Origin: an uncultured virus (IMG/VR IMGVR_UViG_3300014073_000001)
Lineage: Duplodnaviria; Heunggongvirae; Uroviricota; Caudoviricetes
DNA length: 30,403 nt
Reading direction: 5' to 3' (one strand)
IMG/VR virus record: IMGVR_UViG_3300014073_000001
The notes beneath the pieces are model-generated. The model was not told where the DNA came from and did not search any database. It saw only the letters and a list, made by a program, of their open reading frames with translations. Below are positions 17,821-27,088 of the stretch, piece after piece. The position numbers and the translations under genes are program-made. Within the stretch, counting starts at the first letter, position 1. The number at the start of each line of letters is the position of its first letter.

Positions 17821-19635
17821 TTACATTATAAAGGCGTAAGATGATCCGTAAGTTACAACTACTGACCCTTCGATATCTTCTCCCCATTTGGGTCTAGAAT
17901 GTAATGTGCCAACAAGATTATCATAGGCGTGTCGCTTAACAATCAAACTTCCGTTAATGTTTTTGCTATCATGCTGCCGTATGATAATATGTCCCTGAAT
18001 ATCTGCTTCCTTATCAATTCTAGGAATAACTACAAATCCATCAAGCGTTATTTTATCGACCTGTTTTACTACTACTGATCCGCTTAAATCGAGTTCATTT
18101 TCTTTAGAATTCAATACTAATGAGCCTTGAAGATCGATAAAATCTGTTGCACGTACCTTTATCGCCCCCGTGAGTTCATTACGTTTTTCTATTCCCACTA
18201 AAGTAAATAAACCATTTAAAGAAGTTTGATTTTTTTGTTTGGAGATTATAGAGCCGACAAAATCACTGTATTTTGCATTTTGCGTAATTAATATGGAACC
18301 ATCTAAAATTCGTTCGTCTCCTTGCCTTACTACTATTGAGCCCGGTAGAATAGCGTATTTTAATTTTGAAGTGATTGACATAGAGCCATTTAAAACTATA
18401 TTATCTTGTTGTTTGATTACGATTGAACCAGGGAAATTAGTGTCTTTTAATTTTGAAGCAATCAACATGGAACCATTTATAGCTGAACCATCTTCTTGCT
18501 TTACTACAATATAGCCTGAAAAATCATTTTGGTTCTGGATATTAACCATAGTTATTGATCCATTAATATATGATTCAGCTATTTGTTTGCTAACAATAGA
18601 TCCAGAAAGCTCTGTTCTGACAGTTTTTTTTGTGATTATTAATGAACCAACAAATTCGTTCATATTTTTCTTACATACAGTTAAATTACCAACGATTTCT
18701 TTGGTATTCTGTTTTTTATTTATAAGAAGGAAACCCTGTAAATCATCACGGAAAAGGCCATTAGTGATATGAAGACTTCCGGCAAGAATTGCTGTGTTCT
18801 GAAAACGAGGGGTTAAACTGCCGCGCATGTCAAGAACACCCGCACTTGGAGGAAAGTACTGATAAGCATACTCAAGTAGTGGTGCATCATCAGTTTCACG
18901 TGATCCAAATGTAATAGGTATGGTCAAAGTCGTATTTGATACGTCACGAATTGTAAAGCTGATAATTTGGCTTGTTGTTGCATTTTGCTTAAAAAAGTTA
19001 AATAAATTAAACTCGATATAACTTGCACCCAACGGAATATTTGCTGTTGCAATCATTTTAGAAAGTGGCGATTGGTTTACCCAGTTTACGCCGGTCTCCG
19101 ACCAGTCCGATTTGCTGGTAGTGTATAGAGTTAATGTCGTTGCCTTGTTGACCGGACGAACAAGACGCAATCGCAATTTGGCATATTTAAGGTTTTCAAG
19201 ATCAGCTGAATCTATCGCCTGCAAGTTGAAAGCCAATGTCGATCGATATTCTTCGTTCGCTGATATTTTACCAACGGCAAGCTCGCTCCCCAGTCCAAAC
19301 TGTAAATAAGGAGCATTAGATGCTAAGTTTGCATCTTTAATAGGCACTGATTGAACGGTTTTTACAGGCGGTTCCACAACGTTTACACAACCAACCATGC
19401 GGTTATTAGGTCGAACACTGATAGAACCAAATAAATCCTGCATTCCTTTTTGTTTAACCGTTAAGAAGCCATTAATTTCTTCATGATGATTAACATTTTT
19501 ATAATCCAGTGAGCCATTGAGATTTGTGCTGTCTTTTCGCTTTACTACGATAGAACCATGGGCATCTTGTTCTCCGACACCTTTCACAAGAACATTCGCA
19601 GTCATCTGGTTTGTTTGTTGACCAAACACTGTCAT
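17821..19635 (-). CDS. DNRLRE/CBM96-like domain protein with ~29 tandem 14/15-aa beta repeats (~604 aa)
   Basis: DANLAS...G...LAVG...YRSTLAFNL...AKLRL...WSETGVNWVNQ...FGSRE...PLLEYAY (~18858-19365). About 23 C-terminal and 6 N-terminal (L/I/F)xGS(I/L)x(V/I) repeats. Start moved to ATG 19635 because GAGGTG precedes it. Confidence 0.8.
   Translation of the reverse strand: MTVFGQQTNQMTANVLVKGVGEQDAHGSIVVKRKDSTNLNGSLDYKNVNHHEEINGFLTVKQKGMQDLFGSISVRPNNRMVGCVNVVEPPVKTVQSVPIKDANLASNAPYLQFGLGSELAVGKISANEEYRSTLAFNLQAIDSADLENLKYAKLRLRLVRPVNKATTLTLYTTSKSDWSETGVNWVNQSPLSKMIATANIPLGASYIEFNLFNFFKQNATTSQIISFTIRDVSNTTLTIPITFGSRETDDAPLLEYAYQYFPPSAGVLDMRGSLTPRFQNTAILAGSLHITNGLFRDDLQGFLLINKKQNTKEIVGNLTVCKKNMNEFVGSLIITKKTVRTELSGSIVSKQIAESYINGSITMVNIQNQNDFSGYIVVKQEDGSAINGSMLIASKLKDTNFPGSIVIKQQDNIVLNGSMSITSKLKYAILPGSIVVRQGDERILDGSILITQNAKYSDFVGSIISKQKNQTSLNGLFTLVGIEKRNELTGAIKVRATDFIDLQGSLVLNSKENELDLSGSVVVKQVDKITLDGFVVIPRIDKEADIQGHIIIRQHDSKNINGSLIVKRHAYDNLVGTLHSRPKWGEDIEGSVVVTYGSSYAFIM
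17845..18835 (-). repeat. Coding tandem repeat, ~23 units of mostly alternating 14/15 aa (87-nt dyad)
   Basis: For example FSGYIVVKQEDGSAINGSMLIASKLKDTN / FPGSIVIKQQDNIVLNGSMSITSKLKYAI. TTTAATTTTGAAG recurs 87 nt apart near 18360 and 18447. Confidence 0.85.
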
Positions 19636-19730
19636 TTTTACACCTCTTCTCATTGTATTGAGAGCTATTTAATAAAGACTTTAAGCTGGTTTATATCACC
19701 TCAAAATATTATCAACCACTCATTTAACTG

Positions 19731-19752
19731 TATTACCTTAAGATTCGTCCTA
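19731..19752 (-). promoter_or_regulatory. Promoter-like motif TAGG-N12-GTAATA upstream of the DNRLRE gene
   Basis: Minus strand TTAATTAGGACGAATCTTAAGGTAATA, 22/27 identical to the copy at 27067-27093. Confidence 0.55.
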
Positions 19753-21510
19753 ATTAATAGAAATGGTGTTGATAAACTTATCAAGCTGAACCTCAGCTAA
19801 ATTCAAAGCTCTCTTTGATGAATTTAACCTTTTTTTGTTACGAGGTTTGGCCATTTCTAAGAAATCGATATTATCTTGTATAAATCCGCCGTCAATGCTT
19901 CTCATAGTTCGTTCTGCACTGGTGCGGAATTGTTGTTCTTTGTACACATGCACAACAGCTTCTCCGAAGTCTCCAGCGGGTGATTCAACCTCAATCTTAA
20001 TAACATTATCCCCAACCGTTAGATTGGGAGTGTCTATAGAAGCTTCGACAAGTCTGATATTTTGAGCCGTATTGAATGGAACTTTTTCAATTCCGTTAAC
20101 TAGTATTCTCCAAGAAACATCGCGTTGTTCAGGCGGTGCCGGATAATCTGCTTGTATAGTTAATTCCTCTATGCTGGCGGCATTAGTCGAAGCTGATTTT
20201 TCTAAATAGAATCCGAAACGCAGTTTTTTAGAATCCCTTATTAAATAATTCCACAGCTCCGATGTAATAGCTGACAATGCAGATGACGAAAGACACTTAG
20301 CAGACACATTAGTCAAATCTCTTGTATCTATAGCTGCTAAGTTTACACCGGTCCAGCTTGCTCCCCCGTCATTACTTACTATTACACCCACCTTGCTGTT
20401 GCCACTTGTAGTGGAGGTTAAAGTGATTGAGTCTAAATTAGATATATCTGATAAGTCTATATCTTGGTTCATAAGCAGTAACTTTGGCTTTGGGACGATT
20501 GTTAATTTAGCTTTTGGAGAAGTTGCTGTCTCATCCGTCCAATACAACAATTCTGGAGAGCCTAATTGAGATAATACCTCGTCGGTTAGTGAAGTTAACG
20601 CCATGGTGCTGGACATAAATTTTTCCTCTGTGACATCTGCAGGGTAAGAGCCTACGTCCTCCCATTTAGATTCAACATACTTTTTAAGCTTGTCATTATC
20701 TCTTATAAGATATCTTCTCTCGGGCCAGGCTCCCCAAGCATATGGGCCTCCATACACTCCAATAGATGATCTACTACTGTCAGGATTTAAAATAGTAGGG
20801 TCTCCAGTTTTATTCCACCCTGTAATGGTAATATTATAGTTACTATCTAGACTTGTAGTATTTATAGAATATGTCGTAGTTGGTATGACAATCTTAGTAT
20901 CCATTTTATCTGTACTTGGAACCGATAAAGACCCATTGTATATGCAGTTAATCATCTTTGCATTCGTAGTCATGTATAATCCATTATCATAAGCGCTACC
21001 AATTCGATGATTTAAACTAACTGAGAAAACACAATTTTTATAAGTAATATTTAAAGTACTAGTACCCCCATTTCTAAATCCAATCCCTACAGCTATTTTT
21101 GTAGAATTTGGATCCATTGTCCAAGTAGGATACTTTAATATACAATTGTAAAATTCTAGAGTTAATATAGTTTTATTTATATAATAATGTGTATTATTGG
21201 GATTACCAGCAAATACAGTATTATAGATACTTAAAATTTTTCCAGCTTGCGGGACTGGAATTGCTAATGTTTGTTTTTTATTTCCTATTATAGCTCTTGC
21301 ATTCACAGCCATATATCCAGCCACATCAGCAGTATTACTTATAAGATAAATACAATCAGTATATGCTGATGCTGTTCCAGCTTTAGATAGAGTTTTATAT
21401 GGTAATTCTATACTGCCATTACCGGTTGTATCGCTTCCATTTATTCCATCGACGTACCATATCTTATTAAAAGACATCGTTGTTTTATTTATTTTAATTG
21501 TCTCAGCCAT
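19750..21510 (-). CDS. 586-aa protein: DUF1565/pectin-lyase-like beta-helix head, connector domain, partial Ig plus shared tail
   Basis: WYVDGINGSDTTGNGSIELPYKTLSKA start motif and DSSRSSIGVYGGPYAW cap. VSNDGGASW...W..L...LRFGFYL connector also seen in the 666- and 964-aa proteins. KEQQFRTSAERTMRSIDGGF tail. Confidence 0.8.
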   Translation of the reverse strand: MAETIKINKTTMSFNKIWYVDGINGSDTTGNGSIELPYKTLSKAGTASAYTDCIYLISNTADVAGYMAVNARAIIGNKKQTLAIPVPQAGKILSIYNTVFAGNPNNTHYYINKTILTLEFYNCILKYPTWTMDPNSTKIAVGIGFRNGGTSTLNITYKNCVFSVSLNHRIGSAYDNGLYMTTNAKMINCIYNGSLSVPSTDKMDTKIVIPTTTYSINTTSLDSNYNITITGWNKTGDPTILNPDSSRSSIGVYGGPYAWGAWPERRYLIRDNDKLKKYVESKWEDVGSYPADVTEEKFMSSTMALTSLTDEVLSQLGSPELLYWTDETATSPKAKLTIVPKPKLLLMNQDIDLSDISNLDSITLTSTTSGNSKVGVIVSNDGGASWTGVNLAAIDTRDLTNVSAKCLSSSALSAITSELWNYLIRDSKKLRFGFYLEKSASTNAASIEELTIQADYPAPPEQRDVSWRILVNGIEKVPFNTAQNIRLVEASIDTPNLTVGDNVIKIEVESPAGDFGEAVVHVYKEQQFRTSAERTMRSIDGGFIQDNIDFLEMAKPRNKKRLNSSKRALNLAEVQLDKFINTISIN

Positions 21511-21514
21511 TATT

Positions 21515-21835
21515 TTAAATCACCTCAACTTTTTCTATAGTTTTTATCATAAATGAGGTAAGCAGCGAGACAAACATTTGCCCAGTCCCGATTTGCCCAA
21601 GATCAGTCATGTCGGCAGTTATTGAAGACTGCATGCAAATCGCACCATTTAATAAGATAGAGCTATCAATTCCGTTAAACTTACTTGCTTCTGTTTCATC
21701 AAAATTAAGCAAAGTCTTTTTTACATTGCTTTGTCCGGCATCATAATCAATATTGGCCTTAATCCCTACCTGGCTATGATTATTATAGACATGAGTAGGA
21801 GTCACTTTAGTAAAGGTTATATTTATTTCAGACAT
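21515..21835 (-). CDS. 106-aa protein, apparently chimeric (first strands of the Ig adaptor plus an unrelated C-terminus)
   Basis: GAGGAG RBS. NITFTKVTPTHVY matches NITIKKVTPTHIY (404 aa) and IKVTPTHVY (363 aa). Ends KTIEKVEVI. Confidence 0.75.
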   Translation of the reverse strand: MSEINITFTKVTPTHVYNNHSQVGIKANIDYDAGQSNVKKTLLNFDETEASKFNGIDSSILLNGAICMQSSITADMTDLGQIGTGQMFVSLLTSFMIKTIEKVEVI

Positions 21836-21867
21836 AATATCATCTCCTCAAACAAAGGAATTAGGTA

Positions 21868-23082
21868 TTATTTAATTTGTATTTTTTTGATATATTTGCT
21901 TAGGACCACTTCAAAATTATTATCAGTAAGATTCGTAGGAATAGTTGATGATAAACTGAGAGCTTTAGCAGAATTATCAAAACCGATGTTTTTTTTATAG
22001 TATCCCCCATCAAAACTTAAAAAAGTTCGGCTCGCAATTGTTCTGCCATTTGCTTCTTTGGTTACAGTAAAGATGCCTGATTGATTGTCATCTGATATGA
22101 TCGTGATCGTATTAGTATCATCATTTAGCTCATCGACGGATATTTCTCGTATAGTTTTTAAACTAAAGTCCGAAAGCAGTATAGAATTAAGCATTGTCTT
22201 GTAGCTATGTGGGATATAACCTCCCGCCCCATCGGGCTGTAATGCTTCAGCCTCAACAGAGATTTTATTTACTTGTCGGGGATATATATGTGTTGGCGTT
22301 ACTTTCTTAATAGTTATATTAGAAAATGGCACTGACAGCGTTTTGCTATTTGATGCTTCTAATGAGCCATCTGAAGCGGTTATCTTTATTGTGTTATTGC
22401 CGCTTTTCAGAGCGTCTCGCGGGATTGAAACAGTTCCTGTGTATGGCGAACTAAAAAAATCACTCCATCCCGAGGCCGGAAAAAATTGTGTTCCGTTGAC
22501 TTGCACCTGATATTTGATCAATGAACTATCAGGATCTATTATTGATATTGACACTATAAATGTGTCCGCATCTGCTTGAGAAATGGAAATATTGCTTATG
22601 TTTGGAGGCATTTGTGCAATACCTTCTTTAACATACCAGTAGCCGTCAGTATGCCTGCCATTTGTCGGGTATGCTCCATCAACTGCCGTAACTACTTGCA
22701 TATAATTACCTTTAGAATAGCTAACAGTAGCGTCAGTCGCTGCATTCCACGCATCGCAAACATTCCCAGAGTTTGAACTCATCCATTTGTATACTAATTT
22801 TATAATTGACTTATATCTTTCTATATAACCATCTTTATAAGCAGGAGACCCAACTCCTATGTAGCATGGGGAGCTACTAGTAGATTGGCTGATAACCCCC
22901 GTATAATAGGTATCGAGTTCATATAAGCCTGTTGATCCATTAAAGGAGTAGGAAGTGCATCCGCGTTCATAAGAAACGCCATATGCACTTCCATTCCAAG
23001 TATACGGTGTTGCGTCCCACTTTTTGGTATATGTTGTGGTGCTGTTACAAGAATACTTGTTGTATGAATAATAAACTGTCAT
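21868..23082 (-). CDS. 404-aa adhesin/fibre-tip-like protein: Tyr/Ser-rich variable head, two Ig-like domains, shared tail
   Basis: YYSYNKY...YSKG...AVDGAYPTNGRHTDGYWYV; paralog of the adjacent gene; AAGGAG RBS. Confidence 0.8.
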   Translation of the reverse strand: MTVYYSYNKYSCNSTTTYTKKWDATPYTWNGSAYGVSYERGCTSYSFNGSTGLYELDTYYTGVISQSTSSSPCYIGVGSPAYKDGYIERYKSIIKLVYKWMSSNSGNVCDAWNAATDATVSYSKGNYMQVVTAVDGAYPTNGRHTDGYWYVKEGIAQMPPNISNISISQADADTFIVSISIIDPDSSLIKYQVQVNGTQFFPASGWSDFFSSPYTGTVSIPRDALKSGNNTIKITASDGSLEASNSKTLSVPFSNITIKKVTPTHIYPRQVNKISVEAEALQPDGAGGYIPHSYKTMLNSILLSDFSLKTIREISVDELNDDTNTITIISDDNQSGIFTVTKEANGRTIASRTFLSFDGGYYKKNIGFDNSAKALSLSSTIPTNLTDNNFEVVLSKYIKKIQIK

Positions 23083-23134
23083 TTGTTCATCTCCTTTAGG
23101 TCATATATGAATGGCATAAATCTGGTTTAGCGAT

Positions 23135-24319
23135 TTAACTGATTCGAATATTGCAAATGAATTTATCCAGATTAACGACAAGCTCTTCGTCTACAATGTC
23201 GTATTTGCTTCGAAATTTGTTTTTTACTTTACTGTCTAAATCATTTGCATAAATATTGTTTTGAATAAAGCCGCCAGAAATTGAGCAAAAGAATCGTTCA
23301 GACGCTATTCTATATAACTCTTCCTTTTTTACGATTATAGATACAGTTTGATTATCATCAGATCTGATTGTTAGTGTATTGTTACCAACATTAAAGTGGC
23401 TATTATTAATTGCTCGGGATGTCTCGGCGCTCATGTCTGACACCATGGTTCCATTAACTTCTATACTAAAACTATGCTCGATTTTTCCGCCGAAACCATC
23501 GTCTTGCAAAGCCTGTACAGAGATTATACAGCTAGTATGTTGTCCGTCATAAAGAACTAATGGAGTTACCTGGCTAATGTTTACATTAGAAAAAGGGATG
23601 TCAATGTGACTTATATAGCTATTCTGATCTTCTGTGTCATATACATCAATTTTTATAGTATTTAAACCTTGTAGCAAACTGTCTCTTTTGACAATATAAG
23701 TAGCGGTATATGGCACCGCAACCAATTCGCTCCATCCTGTAGCGGCTGGATATTGAAATCCATTTAAGTTCATTTTATATTGCACCCAATTGCTATCCCG
23801 ATCAGTAATATTTATAATGACTTTAAATTCATCTTTACTGATTTGGACACAATCAATTGCTGCGATTGGCAGAATGTTTGTAATAGCTCCTCTTACATAC
23901 CAATAACCATCAGTATGTCTTCCGTCATTAGGATACGTTCCATCTTCAGCTACAAGGTTTTCTAGTACCAATGTCCCTTTAGAATAAATTAAATCTGATG
24001 TCGCTCTCATCGCTGAGAAATAGGCAGAAGCAAAAACACCACCATAACCGGTGCTTGTGTATTTTAAAAGATATCGAGTTATGGTATTATTGCTTGAAAC
24101 ATAGTAGTATTTACCAGATTCTATCTTGCCAGCAGATGATTGTACGCCAGCATAGTATTGTGCGCCAGCATTTGCGAATATTCCGGTGGATGCATTTAGG
24201 CTGTAGGACGAATATAGAACATAGTATTGATTGTTTGTAGTGAAATCAGAAAGCGTTTCGAAATCTCCTACTACATATGAAGCGATAGCATTATATTTGC
24301 TATAGTAATATTTGGACAT
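23135..24319 (-). CDS. ~394-aa paralog of the 404-aa protein
   Basis: KYYYSKY...YSKG...AEDGTYPNDGRHTDGYWYV. Start moved to ATG 24319 because GAGGTG precedes it. Confidence 0.8.
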   Translation of the reverse strand: MSKYYYSKYNAIASYVVGDFETLSDFTTNNQYYVLYSSYSLNASTGIFANAGAQYYAGVQSSAGKIESGKYYYVSSNNTITRYLLKYTSTGYGGVFASAYFSAMRATSDLIYSKGTLVLENLVAEDGTYPNDGRHTDGYWYVRGAITNILPIAAIDCVQISKDEFKVIINITDRDSNWVQYKMNLNGFQYPAATGWSELVAVPYTATYIVKRDSLLQGLNTIKIDVYDTEDQNSYISHIDIPFSNVNISQVTPLVLYDGQHTSCIISVQALQDDGFGGKIEHSFSIEVNGTMVSDMSAETSRAINNSHFNVGNNTLTIRSDDNQTVSIIVKKEELYRIASERFFCSISGGFIQNNIYANDLDSKVKNKFRSKYDIVDEELVVNLDKFICNIRIS

Positions 24320-24348
24320 CAATTTCACCTCTTATTTAATGCAACTAT

Positions 24349-24397
24349 AAAGGCATCCACGAATTCTTTTTAATAGAAATAGAGGAAGGATGCCTTT
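24349..24397 (-). terminator. Possible terminator or stabilising hairpin after the 666-aa gene
   Basis: AAAGGCATCC / GGATGCCTTT inverted repeat with a 29-nt partly paired loop and a weak T tail. Confidence 0.4.
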
Positions 24398-24411
24398 TAT
24401 GTTACAAAATT

Positions 24412-26412
24412 TTAAGCTGGATCTGCCTTGGCAGAAATGTCAAAATCGCCGCCACCGTAACTGGCTTTAGTAGTACGAATTCTTACAAATATAGATTTCT
24501 TTTCATTCTGCATTAACGTACCTACGGTGATGTTATTAGTTGGAGTAAACGGATTTTCATTGACAGATAATTCAGCATAGACATTTGTAGGTAATTCAGG
24601 AGATGTTAAGATAGTAAGATTTTTAAGATCAAATCCACACTTATTAACAACATATACTTCTTTCGGCACTGATATTTGTCCAGCAATCAAAGTTCCGAAA
24701 TCAAGTTTTTGAATTATTTCTCCTAAATCGGTTGAATAAAAATCACCTGTAAGATTCGTAAACAATATGCCATAATAGGCTCCTACGAATTGTTCCTCTG
24801 TAAATCCTAATTCTTGAAACTCGTCTCTAAATTCAACCCGAAGTGTATTGATTATTCCGAAGTTAATTTCTCTTTTATCTATTTCGTATATGATAGTTGC
24901 AGGAGACTGATTTAAATTAGTCCATGAAACCTTTTCTATGCCATTAAATAAAATTCTATACTGAACATTATCATTGTCCGGGTCTTCAACAACCGCACGA
25001 TAAATGTTTCCGGACAACACACCAGTTATAATTGGAGCGATATTCGTTCTTGTAATAAAAACTGTATTCTCAGTTTTCAGTCCTCGTGCATCAGTCGCTT
25101 CAATTCTTACAGCATTTAATCCGATAACAAATAAATTACTTGGAATCGCAATATTAACATACCCATCTGCCGGAACGCCCCTGACCCCTTGGTATTCTGC
25201 TCCATTGAAGAACGTTTCGTATGTTATATCGTCTTCTTCTGGGTCATAAATTTTACAAGAAACAATGACATCTTCTTTATGCATATTATCGGGGGTAGCT
25301 GCAACATTTATGATATTCGGCCCGGAGTTAGGAGGAAGCGATACCACGAAAGAGGTTAAGCTTTCTCCTGTAAAGTCATAGTTTAGTGCGTTGTAACCGC
25401 TTGGGACATTGTTTACAAAAGCAGTGTCGCCAAAATTAAATGTTGCCGTTGCTGTAGCTCCACTAGCACCATTATTAATAGAAGGATATAGTGTTTGAGT
25501 ATATCCGGAATACAAAACTCCTAAGTTTACATTGTTTTTATAAACTTCGATTTTTTTACTGTCAGCATCTATTGCAAACCCAAGAATGTCGCCTGCTATA
25601 AGATTTGTGGTAAATGTAGAAACAGCGCCGTTTATATATTTTTGATTCAAAGTATAAGCGTAATATACACCGTTTGTTGAAGCGTAATTTATGGCTGCCT
25701 CTGAAGCAAGTCCCATCAGCAAACTTCCTGATTGATAGGTAGTTTCAAAATACCATTTCCCGGTTGCTGGTATTGGTTTGTTGCCCTTACTAATAGAATT
25801 CGTTCCATTTGCAAGAAGAGCTGTAAGATTATTATCACTCAAAGTGCAGTTAACTGATTTAACTGGATCTAAAGAGTTAAAACCAGGCCTTATTTGAGCA
25901 CTCTTTAAATAACACATGATGTCTAATTGTGTACGCAAAAACACTTGAGCCCAATCAGCGGGCTGAAGCGATTGAATGGCTTCTTTAGACATGCCTTGTG
26001 CCTCAATATCGCCCGGCGAGATAGCCTGCCATGTTCCATTAACTCTACTTTTCCAGCTTTCACCACTGTCAAAACTAACTGCAAATTTTCCGCCTACACC
26101 GTTAATGCTGATACCATTAATGCCAGAATAACCATGGAGATCAATAGCTGTGATCGGAGTCGTTTGAACAATGCCATAGTCAACAGGTGTAATATCGACA
26201 ACTGGCGTCACTCCGGCATCAGTATGAATTAAGAGTTTGCCGTTCGCGAGTGAAGCATAGTCCTCGTTATTCAGTAACGTCAACTCTGTATCAGTGAATC
26301 CTTGATTAAAATTTTGAGATTCTATCTGTACAAGTTCACCAGAGGCATTAGCTGTAAAGTAAAGCAGATTTCCCAATGAAGGTTCAGTTGTAATTAAATA
26401 TTTGTTTGCCAT
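24412..26412 (-). CDS. 666-aa hub protein with SPRY domain, two Ig-like domains and C-terminal LDFGT...N domain
   Basis: TLSDNNLT...GKWYFE...GDILGFAIDADSKKIEVYKN...LYPSI...FNFGDTAF...PSGY (~25383-25869) is a SPRY/B30.2-like signature. The C-terminal half parallels the 964-aa protein. Confidence 0.85.
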   Translation of the reverse strand: MANKYLITTEPSLGNLLYFTANASGELVQIESQNFNQGFTDTELTLLNNEDYASLANGKLLIHTDAGVTPVVDITPVDYGIVQTTPITAIDLHGYSGINGISINGVGGKFAVSFDSGESWKSRVNGTWQAISPGDIEAQGMSKEAIQSLQPADWAQVFLRTQLDIMCYLKSAQIRPGFNSLDPVKSVNCTLSDNNLTALLANGTNSISKGNKPIPATGKWYFETTYQSGSLLMGLASEAAINYASTNGVYYAYTLNQKYINGAVSTFTTNLIAGDILGFAIDADSKKIEVYKNNVNLGVLYSGYTQTLYPSINNGASGATATATFNFGDTAFVNNVPSGYNALNYDFTGESLTSFVVSLPPNSGPNIINVAATPDNMHKEDVIVSCKIYDPEEDDITYETFFNGAEYQGVRGVPADGYVNIAIPSNLFVIGLNAVRIEATDARGLKTENTVFITRTNIAPIITGVLSGNIYRAVVEDPDNDNVQYRILFNGIEKVSWTNLNQSPATIIYEIDKREINFGIINTLRVEFRDEFQELGFTEEQFVGAYYGILFTNLTGDFYSTDLGEIIQKLDFGTLIAGQISVPKEVYVVNKCGFDLKNLTILTSPELPTNVYAELSVNENPFTPTNNITVGTLMQNEKKSIFVRIRTTKASYGGGDFDISAKADPA

Positions 26413-26437
26413 ATTTTCACCTCATTACATATTGGTA

Positions 26438-27034
26438 CTAACAGATAAATAACCATTCAATTTCTTTAGCTTCATTAGGATTTAAAACTAAGTCGAATTC
26501 TTTAATAACCTCACCGTCAACAATAGCCATTAACTTGCCGACAATTTCTTTGTTCGCTACCATTCTGATCATAAAACGCATCGTGTCGTCCAGGGGAAGC
26601 GCAAAGATAATTTTGTTGAAGAACTCATTGTCGCTTATTTTGAAATTGTGCTTATAACCGAATAAAAAACCATCAATGACGCTGTAAGACTGATTGGTAT
26701 TGAGATTATGTTCAACATAAGCAGATTTGAAATTAATAACATCCTGGTAAGGGCTTTCTTGACTTGTTAAATTGATAATCGTGTCATCGTCTTTCCAAAT
26801 CAAGAATTCGACTTTCTTTCCGCAAATATCAAAGATCCCGTTTGAAGCATTTAGACTAAGCTTTGCGCCGCGCCCTAATATGCCGAATTCCTTGATTCGG
26901 GTTTTATCTATATCGTGAAATTTATTCTCTATACCACTATCCTCAAACTCGGTAATCATTTGCTTGTTCCCGTAATCGGCGAACCAAATGAAAGGCTGAT
27001 CCGCACCTCTCGGTGATAAAAGTCTATCAATCAT
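26438..27034 (-). CDS. ~198-aa conserved hypothetical protein, paralog of 11849..12502
   Basis: AGGAGG RBS before ATG 27034. Motifs shared with the 217-aa protein along the whole length, including the terminal WL. Confidence 0.8.
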   Translation of the reverse strand: MIDRLLSPRGADQPFIWFADYGNKQMITEFEDSGIENKFHDIDKTRIKEFGILGRGAKLSLNASNGIFDICGKKVEFLIWKDDDTIINLTSQESPYQDVINFKSAYVEHNLNTNQSYSVIDGFLFGYKHNFKISDNEFFNKIIFALPLDDTMRFMIRMVANKEIVGKLMAIVDGEVIKEFDLVLNPNEAKEIEWLFIC

Positions 27035-27066
27035 ACAAGCTCCTCCTTTTTCAACGATCATTAATT

Positions 27067-27088
27067 TATTACCTATGAATTCGTCTTA
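27067..27088 (-). promoter_or_regulatory. Promoter-like motif TAAG-N12-GTAATA upstream of the 198-aa gene
   Basis: Minus strand TTAATTAAGACGAATTCATAGGTAATA, immediately after a terminator. Confidence 0.6.

Noticed and set aside
17845..18835. CRISPR array or non-coding tandem repeat
   Set aside because: The periodicity is degenerate, in frame and conserved at protein level. There are no identical repeats with unique spacers and no cas genes.
19690..19705. Orphan GAGGTG RBS-like sequence upstream of the DNRLRE gene
   Set aside because: No start codon at a suitable spacing follows it, so it cannot be distinguished from chance.
20143..21748. IS element or intron as the inserted segment
   Set aside because: No transposase, RT or homing-endonuclease ORF and no terminal inverted repeats are seen. 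The content is structural-gene sequence.
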